NCBI RefSeq assembly: GCF_964204645.1
Contig: NC_134027.1
Span: 11,130,485-11,194,484 of the forward strand
Reading direction: 5' to 3'
From: Tubulanus polymorphus
Taxonomy: Eukaryota > Animalia > Nemertea
Length of the DNA: 64,000 bases
Position numbers and translations under genes: made by a program. Each line of letters starts with the position of its first letter. Within the stretch, counting starts at the first letter, position 1. The notes beneath the pieces were generated by a model that did not search any database, was not told where the DNA came from, and saw only the letters and a program-made list of their open reading frames with translations. Positions 44,409 to 54,642 of this stretch are shown here, piece by piece.

Positions 44409-44622
44409 AGATAATTGAAGAAATCCCACAATTCGAATTTTGTGTATTATCTTGAAACCACAACGCTTCGGCGGTTGACTGACAGCCATTATCAGGTGGA
44501 ATGACCAGAAATACAAGGGGAAATACAAATGGTGGCTGTTTAGTTAACAGCCGAAACGTTGTGGTTCCAAAATAATATATTTCATCAAATAAAATTCGAA
44601 TTGTGGGATTTCTTCAATTGAA
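44409..44622. mobile_element. Foldback element with degenerate minimal hammerhead cores in both arms
   Basis: - arm ccac-CTGATAA-tggctg..cgcc-GAAG-cgtt-gtgg; + arm tggctgtt(tagtt)aacagcc-GAAA-cgtt-gtgg; long outer inverted repeat aattgaagaaatcccacaattcgaatttt. Confidence 0.55.
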
Positions 44623-45441
44623 AAGAAAAGACATTTCTCGAATAAAGCAGCAATGTCAAAGGTCACTAGTTGGGTCGCACTTCCGTGTTAAGATATATTT
44701 CAAGAAATACATTCTCAAAGATGCAGATTCCAAGGGGATGAGTGTCAAATTTATAGGCTTCAAAGGGGAACCTTTGAGGGAGGCAGGGGTCCGGAACCCC
44801 GCCGAGACCACTCCCTAAATCCACCCCTGAAGAAAGCTCATTCCATAAAATAACACTATAAGCTTTATATCATGTCTCTATCGTAACCCGTTTTGTTTTC
44901 GAAATAGACAAATCATGTATATACAACAAAAGCTTGGTTTTGGTTTCATATTGTTACTTTATTGTAATAAACTAAAAATATAGTATGTATGATTCGCGAT
45001 ACCGTTTTCTAAGTATATCATTCGAATGAAAATAAATTTGCAAAAATGAATGTCCTAGTTATAGTTTATTTTCGGAACGCTCTATACTGACTTGAAAAGA
45101 CAACAAGCGTATAGTATAATTCGAATACAACTGAAAGCACGTGAGTTAAAATGTGGGATCCGACATATGAATGGACTAATGATGTTCTTGGGACGTCACT
45201 GTTACTAGGCTGACTTACAATTGCCACCTGCCGGATTATTTTCGGTATAGACCTATATATATATATATATACGATTAGGTGCGAGATTTTGTTGACATAT
45301 TACTCAAATGCTATTCTGTACGTATAATTAGAGCCGTATTGGTAACAGCGACAGCAAGTCGCACTCAATTCACACTCTCAACCTTTGATATGAGAAATTA
45401 CTGATTGCGATTTTGTTTCGAGAACTGTGTCAGAGGAGAAA

Positions 45442-48344
45442 ATGGTTCGGATAATTCACGACGCGAAAATGGTCGGAAAATTGTTATTATTTTCAGTACT
45501 ATGGTTTGGAGTTTCCGGTAAAAACGTAGTACCGTACAATTTTACTAGCGATGTTTTATTCCCGCTATATTTGAATTTCGAACCGCCGGCCGTTGGAAAT
45601 TTATCGATGTGGGATGGTGTCGAATCGATTCGAGTGGAATATAAGTTCGATAGTCCGCAGACGGCGACTCGATGGATGGTGAAGATTGTATCAGACGATA
45701 CAGATTTGACGACGTTAAAAGATAGCAATGGAACATTTTTCTTAGATCCAGTTTCGACCACGGACAATATGACAGGAGGAACATTCAATTTCTCGATCCA
45801 CGGCCACTTTCTGGGTTTTACGAAACTTAAGATTTACGTGGCGAACGATACATATTTCGCCGAAACGAATTTGAGCTACTGGCGCGAGGTAATGGAGTAC
45901 CCAGTTACAGTTATCCGGCCACAAAGAAAGGTTGACGTTGTTTTCATGGTAGCTATAGCAATATTAGTAGTTGTCGGCAATGTAATGATGGGATCGAAAA
46001 TTGATTTAACAATCGTGAAGGACGTTCTCAGAAGACCATATTCCCCGATTATTGGCTTCTGCACACAATTCTTAATAATGCCACCGGTGAGTTTTAAGTT
46101 TTCCAATTATCGAGAACCCAGTGAGTTTTAATGAGCAATATGCACCCGAAGGGTTTGAGGTTGGTATTGTATAGGGTGTGGCCTAAAGGCGCCCGCCGCA
46201 CGAGCGTATTTTACAAGTCCGTACGCATTTAGCGCAGAATAGGCCCCACATGGCTCAGCAAAGGGAGCTATGGCAAGCATGTATTTTCATCATCCTTGTC
46301 AAATCTATTTGAACATAAGGGAATTCTTCTATGTTAAATCCTCTTATATCTATATCGAGATTGAGGGTCTTGTGAGGGGAAAACTATTTTTTTTTGAATC
46401 CCCATCCCTAAGATCCTTGGCCACACCCAGTGCAAACCTCAAACATTTCGGGTGCAAATTGCAAATCAAAACTCACTCCCAGACTATATTTTTTTGAAAA
46501 TGTCGAATGGCAATGATTCGTTTGAAAAATACTTTCATCAAAATATTCCCCATATCGGATCAGCTATCATTAATGAATTATTTGCGACATCGATATCACG
46601 ATTTCACGCGATAATCTTTTATCAAACTACCATAAACATGTTCGGAGTTTCTTATCTTTTGATATAATGCCAACGTCCACGCATATCCGCAAACAACTAC
46701 TATTGTCTTTGCCGAGTTATGTTTATAATTGCCAATTTTTCAATTCCTTTTGCGTAGTCTAATGGTAAATTTCACTGTTAATAAGTGCATTGGATGTGAA
46801 ATAAAATTGTAAGAATTACATTTTTCAAATTTCTCCACATTTTTTTTCAGCTGGCGTTTGGTCTCTCGAGAGCGTTGGGTTTGAATCCGAGTCAATCGAT
46901 AGGTCTTTTTGCATCAGGTTGCGCCCCTGGCGGTGGAGCCAGTAATATGTATACTTATCTCCTGAAAGGGGATCTTTCTTTGAGTATCACAATGACCTTA
47001 ATTTCGACAATAGCTTCCCTTGGTAAGTAGAGATAAGAAAACCAACTTCAAAATTTGTTGACGCCTTGAAAAGTGAACCAGTCTAGCCCTAATATATTGA
47101 TCATCCTGTCATGATTTATCAAATTTAAAATATGAGTTATGAAAAATGTTTGATTACAAAAAGAATCGCAGAAATTCACAAATGTTATTCTGAAACGCCG
47201 AATATCGATGGCGTAGTGCACATCGCCTCATACAGAACCCCTTAAAACGGGGTGTCAATATAGATATAATAATGATGTAATGTAATAATGTAACGGTACA
47301 ATAACCACACTCAAACGTGGTGCAAACGGATAATAAGATAAAAACCCACTACGTACAAAGATCTCTAGGGTGGAATGAAACGTCGTGTCTTATTTTTGAA
47401 TAGATAAATTCTCCATTTTAAGATTATTTCAATTCGAACAATATAGTGGGTTATCTTATTATTTTAATGGTTTTTACGGCGTAAACACTTTTTTAGTCGA
47501 GCTAATCATGACATGCATAAATGAGAACTAGTGAGGCTCAGTTTTTTGCGAATACATTTTATGACAACAGTTTGATCATCGTTACTTCATTTTCTACCCG
47601 TTTCTTATCGATTAAAGACTAAGGTTCTTTCATCTTCTTATTGTTTCAGGCATGATACCGCTGTGGATGTTCACGTTGGGAAACGTTGTTATACGAGAAA
47701 TACCGAATATGCAAATTCCGTACGAAAACATTTGTATAACGCTCGTATCTATCATCGCACCGGTCGGCGTGGGCGTGCTCCTGCAAAAGAAAGCTCCCAA
47801 ATTCACCAAGAAACTCGGCAAATGCATCCGTCCCTTTCTCATAATATTGATTCTGTTCATGACCACTTTCGGGTCGTGGGTAAACATGTACATCTTCAGG
47901 TTGTTCACGCCGAAAGTTCTTGTCGCCGGAATGCTACTACCCTGGACCGGTTTTGCTCTGGGCGGGCTCATACCGACGATTTTTCGCCGGCCGAAAAATC
48001 GAATACTAACCATAGCTATCGAGACCGGCATACAGAACACCGGCGTACCTATAATGTTGTTATTGTTCTCGCTGGAATCGCCGCAAGGCGACCTCGCGAT
48101 CGTAGCGCCTATAGCGCAGTCGATGTTCACGCCGCTTCCGCTGTTGTTTGCCATTGCGGTTTTCGAAACTCATAAAAGGTGTTGTAAAAAACGTAGTAAA
48201 GAAACGAAAGACGACGAAGATGAAATCCACCCAGATCTCGAGGAGGATGACGCTACTACCCAGCAATATTCAGTAGACGGACGATACATACCCGCTTATA
48301 AGGCGGTTCCGATGAAAGATATAAGTACGAACCAAATAAATTAG
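45442..48344 (+). CDS. SLC10 family sodium/bile acid cotransporter-like, 3 exons (45442-46086, 46851-47022, 47651-48344)
   Basis: Signal peptide plus long extracellular N-domain; NVMMGSKID...LRRPYSPIIGFCTQFLIMP; SGCAPGGGASNMYTYLLKGDLSLSITMT; TIAIETGIQN motif. Confidence 0.93.
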
Positions 48345-48569
48345 CGTGTAAAAAGGTAGTAGATATTGCTAACGTTTGTGAGAATTCTAATGTCGTAAAT
48401 ATATGTAGTATATGTGATGGAAAAATCTTGTGAATTTTATTTTGATTGTTTTAATGAACAAACAATATACTCGTGCTTAATATTTCGTGCATGTTTCGTT
48501 CACTTTTTTCACGGTTTTCGTCACGCCGCGTAATATCGTTATTTCTACTCGTGTCAGAATCACAATTCA

Positions 48570-49694
48570 TTAACTTGAACGTCTTACGCGATGGAATGGC
48601 TTCGACAGAATTTCTCTGGCTGCGTTGCGAAAATTACCGTTTGTCAGACAATACACGAAGAAATTGGCGCACGAATCCATGACAGTTAGACCTATAGCCA
48701 TTTTTCTGTAGATCATCAGGGATTCCACTTCGTCGATTCCTTCGAGGTTCCACATCGGCAACGGTTTACCCATTGAGTAGTACAACTTTTCCAAAAACGT
48801 AAGAAATTCGAATACGATGTAAATGAAAACGACTGCCAGTGCCATGCGCGCAACCTTTTGTTCACGTGACGATTTCGCGTTGTCCTCGCTCGAAGTCGCG
48901 GTCAGTTTTTGTCGTCGATATTTATCGATTATTAGTGCTAAAACTAAAACGATGTTCATTCCGATCAACGTAGCCATCGGCGCGATTACGCTTAGTACGC
49001 TGGTTCCTACTCCATCTCTAAACCTGAACCAAACGCGCAAAACACATCCCATCATATCGTACCAAATAGAATATCCCCTCGTGACGTACGTAGGCAAACC
49101 CGTGTGTTTACATCGAAGCGGTTTCAGTTTGAACGTCGGAAAAAACGACGGCAAAAAAGTCACCAAAGATACGAAGTTGACGAATCCGATGAGGCGATTG
49201 ACGAGTTTACGCGTCCAGAAAACTCTCGCTTTCATCGGGAACACGACGATAACCAATCGTTCGAGCGACAAAAGAACGACGGACCAGTTTCTGACCAGCT
49301 GAAAATAGTAGTAAAACCCGATTGACGTGTAAATGAATTCCCAACCGTAGTGCCAGTCGTCGCGGCGGAGAACGATGTCGCCCAGCGTGCTAAACAAGTG
49401 AATTATTCGTAGCGGGTACAGAACGAAGACGCTGAGACAGTAGAGAATATCGAAAACGGCGAGTACTTTAATCAAGTAGTACACGGCGTTATTCAATTTC
49501 CGTAGAATCAATAACGTGAACAGATTGATGACGACGCCCATCACCGAAAACGGTCCGTAGAATCCGACGTACATGTAAACGCCGAATTTCAGCGTCCATT
49601 TGACCTTCAGATTTCTCCACGATTCACAGCGACTGTCAACGTCGGGTATCGCCGTTATCGCAGCTGCTGTACTCGGAGTCGAAAGATTTTCCAT
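48570..49694 (-). CDS. Intronless rhodopsin-class GPCR (FMRFamide-receptor-like / Srw-like)
   Basis: 374-aa ORF with 7 hydrophobic segments; GVVIN (TM1), LAVFD (TM2), LSLERL (DRY equivalent), DSCANFFVY (TM7). Confidence 0.88.
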   Translation of the reverse strand: MENLSTPSTAAAITAIPDVDSRCESWRNLKVKWTLKFGVYMYVGFYGPFSVMGVVINLFTLLILRKLNNAVYYLIKVLAVFDILYCLSVFVLYPLRIIHLFSTLGDIVLRRDDWHYGWEFIYTSIGFYYYFQLVRNWSVVLLSLERLVIVVFPMKARVFWTRKLVNRLIGFVNFVSLVTFLPSFFPTFKLKPLRCKHTGLPTYVTRGYSIWYDMMGCVLRVWFRFRDGVGTSVLSVIAPMATLIGMNIVLVLALIIDKYRRQKLTATSSEDNAKSSREQKVARMALAVVFIYIVFEFLTFLEKLYYSMGKPLPMWNLEGIDEVESLMIYRKMAIGLTVMDSCANFFVYCLTNGNFRNAAREILSKPFHRVRRSS

Positions 49695-51035
49695 ATCGTT
49701 GTTATTTTTAGAGCGGTTTTATCTTGCAAAATGCAACTCTGGTAATCATTTCGTCGATTTATATGAAGCAAAATTTGTATTGAATGTCTTCATTCGTCCA
49801 ATCAAAATCGACGACGGATTTCTTTTTTCTAAATATGCAAATGTGAGACGGACGGATACAAGTTTCTAAACTACGAATTTTGAAGCGAAAAAATATCTAC
49901 AATCTTACTGGATCCTCGATGAAGTTTGATTTTTAAAAAAATCAAATTTCATCGATTTCGTAATTATTATAATAGAATTTCAAGTTATATTTCAGTTCGC
50001 AATTTCGTGTGAATCTCGATGTTTTCGTTCTAAGCTGTTTACGACAACGATTTTCCCCTAATTTCAGTTCGTATCACGGACACATACTGAGATAAATACG
50101 CCTTCCAAATTGTACCGCGATGAGCTTGTCGATTCGAAAAATCAATTCGGATAGTTGAATATTTCGAAATATCCATCAATCCTGGATTGATTTTTAACTA
50201 TAAGGAAATTTGAAGTAAGGAGATCTGAAGTGTAAGAACGTATAGCCCCGGTTGAAAAATAAAAATTAAACTATGGCGATGGGCAATACATGTTCTTAAA
50301 GTTAAGCGAATTTTGAGACGTAAAAGAAATATATGTATATACTCATTATCCGAAGATTGGTGATAAAACTGGAACCTACAAGATTATGAAATATGTTTTA
50401 AATAATCAGATTTCATCAATTTTCCGTGTCGTATATCATAGAATTTGCAGTTATCTATTCTGTAATTTCGTAAATTCAGATGTTCTTATAGACTGTGCAA
50501 ATTGACATCTAAGGATTCGGCGAAGTAAAAATAGCCCCCACTGACCCAGTTGATTGGAAATATTGCATTATTATTTGTCAAATAACTCCCTCTCCGGTCC
50601 CTTTGGTGAAAGCTACGGAAGCATCATGGGGACATTGAAAATAAATTCAATGTGAACAGAAAATCTTATTTTTGTAAAGAAATTCCTATGTTTGAATGGA
50701 AAGTCATCGTAGCCTAGACAGCTCGTTGTATCTCATTAGAAAAATAAATTTGATGCTGCTGTTGTTTATTCGTTCATGCACACACTTTGATACTAGTCAC
50801 ATTCTGGGCCATATTCATATTCTGGGTTTATAGACCAGGTCCCAGTTCCACAGTTCCCGGTTACTATTTGACTATAAGAGTAATGAATTGAAAATGAACT
50901 AATTTTAACCATGGACTCTAAAACGTTTTAGAGTCCATGTTTTAACTCGTCCAAACTGAACCTAGAATATCTAATGGAACTGGGTCAAGGTCTCTGTTTC
51001 GCAGAAGGACTTTGAGGAATTCAAGTCGTTCTGTG

Positions 51036-51326
51036 AAAGTGGGGCGACCCGATGACGACGATTAAGATTCTACTTACATTCTAAACTGGTCCCAGCGATT
51101 TATGTTTACATGATATATAAGCACATTGTAAAGATCACATAGGCCATCACATTCGACATCGAATTCGACATCGAGAGGCAATTCCTACGGCAGCCTCGTT
51201 CAATAGAGTTATTTCCAATCCAGGATAAATCGGATTCATTTGTTTGATGTATTCAATAAATACATCCGAGTCATGGTCACCTGAAAGAAAATCTGATTTC
51301 AATTTTCTAAACACTCGAGATTCACA
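51036..51326 (-). other. Duplicated copy of the 5'-nucleotidase last exon with its acceptor and part of the 3'UTR (candidate alternative terminal exon 51280-51147, or pseudoexon)
   Basis: Closely matches about 54565-54890; acceptor attttctttcag is retained; reads (G)DHDSDVFIEYIKQMNPIYPGLEITLLNEAAVGIASRCRIRCRM*. Confidence 0.85.
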
Positions 51327-51663
51327 GTTAAAAGATATTCCAGTTCGAATTTTAAGATACTACAAATAAGAAGTTAACTATTCTTATCAATTCTAACAAC
51401 TTATTCAATTCTAAGAATTTACTTAAGAATTTATCAAAACGAAAGAGTCCATTGCACAGTTAAAATATATTGCAGTCTCATTGCGAATGAATAAAATTGG
51501 AGAAACATCTTGCTCTTCTTGAAAATCACCAAGCGGGGTTTTTTACCTGGACTTTTATCCAGGGGATATTTACCTACATTCCTTCGAACGATATTCCAAA
51601 GAAACCCTAATAAAAGTCGGTCAAATCATCGGTCGCCTTCTTTGAGGTGATTTTGCCCCACAG

Positions 51664-51907
51664 TTTTTATCAACTACATCAAGTTAGGTCTCATCGCCTC
51701 AGGGTTGGTTCCACCACATTTAGCTTTACATGACGCACCCGAGAATTCAAAAGTTTTGCTCTAGCCTCGCAGAAATTTTTTTTAGGATGGCCCGAATCAG
51801 CCACCATACTTTATCAACTACACATCAAGTTCTAATATATCAAGGTTTAATATATTATTTCGCCTCAGGTTGGTTCCACCACATTTAGCTTCACATGACT
51901 CACCCGA
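51664..51907. repeat. Local duplication of about 80 bp interrupted by a truncated TIR element
   Basis: tttatcaactac..atcaagtt...cgcctcagg(g)ttggttccaccacatttagcttYacatgacKcacccga occurs twice, with ggcccgaatcagccaccata between the copies. Confidence 0.75.
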
Positions 51908-52117
51908 TTCTGAAATAGCATGCTATAGCATGGTGTCAACTGCAAGGCTATAATTTAGACATTTCAACGAGAGATTTAGGACATTGAAGACGTCATCACA
52001 CTGAGGATCGGCATCAGAGCTGAATGGAATTCATTCTGTCTGATGCAGCCGAATAGGTAACTGAACACGCGCTTGTCTGATACAGACGCCATTGATTCGA
52101 TCATCAGACGATACGAT

Positions 52118-53239
52118 ATGGATGCAAGGAATATTTCAACGACTTTAGAACCTACTGCTAAAACCTGGTCTGGATTGTGTGAACGGGTAGTGAATACTAA
52201 ACCGTACCGCTGGGAACTGAAATTTAGTGTTTACATGTATATTTTCTGTTATGGACCCGTCACGATACTCGGCGTCGCTTTAAACTTTTTCACAATTATC
52301 GTATTGAAGAAGATGAAAAATGAAGTATATTATTTGCTCAAAGTTTTGGCTATTTATGATTTATCTTACTCTATATGTGTATTTATCATGTACCCTCTAC
52401 GCACTATTCATATCTATATACATTTGGGTAAACTTCTATTTTATCATGATGACTGGAATTACGGATGGGAATTTATACAAGTGATTTTAGGACCATATTA
52501 CATGTTTCAACAAATTCGAAACTGGTGCGTTATCCTTATAGCTTTAGAAAGACTTGTCATTACACTTTTCCCGTTGAAATCACGAATGTACTGGACTCGG
52601 AAAGTGGTTAACTTTCTCATATTCTTTATGACAGTTTATGGGTTTGTTTGCTTTTTCCCGTTGTTGTTGCCAAAGCGTACGCTTCGGTCAATCGCTTGTA
52701 TCGATGGGGATCCAGGGGCGACATTAGTACGAGGTCCGCGCCTCTCTTATCGCAACTCTATATCATTAACCGTAAGAAGACTATTATATAATTGGGAGCA
52801 TCATTCGACTAGTTGGGAAGGAACAATATCCAGTATGGTTGGACCCATGTGTTTACTGGTGCTTATAAATTTTATTTTGATTGTCAGTTTGATAGTTGCT
52901 AAACTATCAAGCGGTAAGAAATTGAATAAGAGCGCCACCAGCAGTAGGAATGTAAAAATGAGAGTTTTACGAATGACGTTTGCTGTAATCGCTGTTTACA
53001 TTACTTGTGAATCGTTGATTACAATCGAAAGAATTAACTACAAATTTCCGTTCATCAAACTTCATTTTCCGGGATTGAGCTTCGCCGAAGCATCAATATT
53101 TGCATACCGAAGAGTAGCCATTGCTTTGACGGTCGTCGATTCGTGTTTAAACTTTGTAGTTTATTGTTTTACTAATGATAAATTCAGACTGGCTTCTAAA
53201 CAAATTGGCGCCATATCTTTGATTCGTCTGAAATGTTAA
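52118..53239 (+). CDS. Intronless rhodopsin-class GPCR, paralog of the 48570-49694 gene
   Basis: First ATG at 52118; shares W.LKF.VYMY...YGP, VYYL.KVLA..D, DDW.YGWEFI, RNW.V.L..LERLV...FP and DSC.NF.VYC.TN..FR with the 49 kb GPCR. Confidence 0.88.
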   Translation: MDARNISTTLEPTAKTWSGLCERVVNTKPYRWELKFSVYMYIFCYGPVTILGVALNFFTIIVLKKMKNEVYYLLKVLAIYDLSYSICVFIMYPLRTIHIYIHLGKLLFYHDDWNYGWEFIQVILGPYYMFQQIRNWCVILIALERLVITLFPLKSRMYWTRKVVNFLIFFMTVYGFVCFFPLLLPKRTLRSIACIDGDPGATLVRGPRLSYRNSISLTVRRLLYNWEHHSTSWEGTISSMVGPMCLLVLINFILIVSLIVAKLSSGKKLNKSATSSRNVKMRVLRMTFAVIAVYITCESLITIERINYKFPFIKLHFPGLSFAEASIFAYRRVAIALTVVDSCLNFVVYCFTNDKFRLASKQIGAISLIRLKC

Positions 53240-53289
53240 AATCCCTTCGTTTTCGAAAAATATTCCTTACTGTCCTCGTGCATCTGCTA

Positions 53290-54100
53290 TCCTAAAGCTG
53301 ATTTCATTTGCTGATGACACGAATGCTTTCTATAGTGATCATCTCATTGACCGCCTAATAGATACAATCAATACTGAACTTTCGAAACTTGTTGTTTGGT
53401 TTTGTGCCAACAAGTTATCAATTAATATTAGTAAAACTTATTATATCATATCTAGTAAAACTGTTGTTGGTAATGCAAAGATTTATATCGATGATCATGA
53501 AATTGAACGTGTCCATACTACCAATTTTTTGGGGGTTTTAATAGATGAAAAACTGTCAAGGGATGATCACATAAGGGATGATCATTTTTATATGTAAAAA
53601 GGTGTCACGTTGTGTTGGCGTTCTACATCGTGTTAAACACAAGTTTTCTTCCAATTCTTCACGTACCTTGTACTTATCCTTAATAGAGCCATATCTTCAA
53701 TATTGTAACATTGTTTGGGAAAGAACTTCTGATTATAAACTGCATACATTAACAATCCTACAAAAACGTGCTGTCCGTTTGGTCAGCAAATCCCATTATT
53801 TAGAACATACTGATCCTATTTTTGCTCGGTTAAATAAACTAAAAATTAAGAATATTAACAAACTCCAACTAGCTATTTTTGTACATAAATTCGTCAATTC
53901 AAGATTGCCCAGGACCTTTAACAACATTGGATCTTCAATTATCAAATTCATGATAAACCAACGCGTAATAAATTTAGATTAAGATTGCTTTATTTTAGAA
54001 CTGTTACTAGAAAATCTTATTTCAAAATATCCGGTCTCCTATTATGGAATACTCCAGCAGAACAATACAAAGCGAACCTGCCTTTAAGCGTACCTACATT
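53290..54100 (+). mobile_element. 5'-truncated, degenerate non-LTR retrotransposon (CR1/L2-group) ORF2 C-terminus
   Basis: SFADDTNAF...INTELSKLVVWFCANKLSINISKT...TKFLGVLIDEKL; frameshift, then LYLSLIEPYLQYCNIVW...LQKRAVRLV...HTDPIFARLNKL. Confidence 0.88.
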
Positions 54101-54642
54101 AAAACAATATTCAACACTTTGTAAATTTTCATTCTATAAAAACCTATGTTAATGTGTAAAATGTGAAAATTTTTTTTTGGTTTCTTTTTGCCTGTTTATT
54201 ACTTGTGTGCATGATGTGTGAGTGTGATGAATGTTATGTGGGATGTGGATGCTTCTGGCTTCAATTTCAATTTCAACTCATTTTCAAACATTTTCCCCAG
54301 TTCTTTCAATGCATTTTGCTAAACAACTCAACACGTAATTGTCAATCAAAATGAAACTCATCTCCCGATTCCACGAAAAGTAGTTCTTTACTTTTATACT
54401 GATATGTATAAATTTTGATAATGTTTACGCCTTTTATTTCAAAAATCCCGTTTGAAAATAATGACACAAAATAGGATCATCTCAACTCCGAGTAGAAAAG
54501 GAAGAAAGTAAAGCTTTTATCACCGTCAAATCCATCCCTCTCCGCCCCCGTGGTATTTCTGTGGAAGTGGGGCGACCCGATCACGACGGTTAAGATTCTA
54601 CTTATGTTCTAAACTGGTCACAGCGATATCTGTGATTTTTAT

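Noticed and set aside
47630-49325. Several long overlapping ORFs (174, 170 and 159 aa)
   Set aside because: Antisense or alternate frames of the SLC10 and GPCR coding sequences; no recognisable motifs.
52073-52117. TTG/GTG starts used by the ORF track (also at 60382 and 45427)
   Set aside because: Eukaryotic genes; the first in-frame ATGs (52118, 60430, 45442) were used instead.
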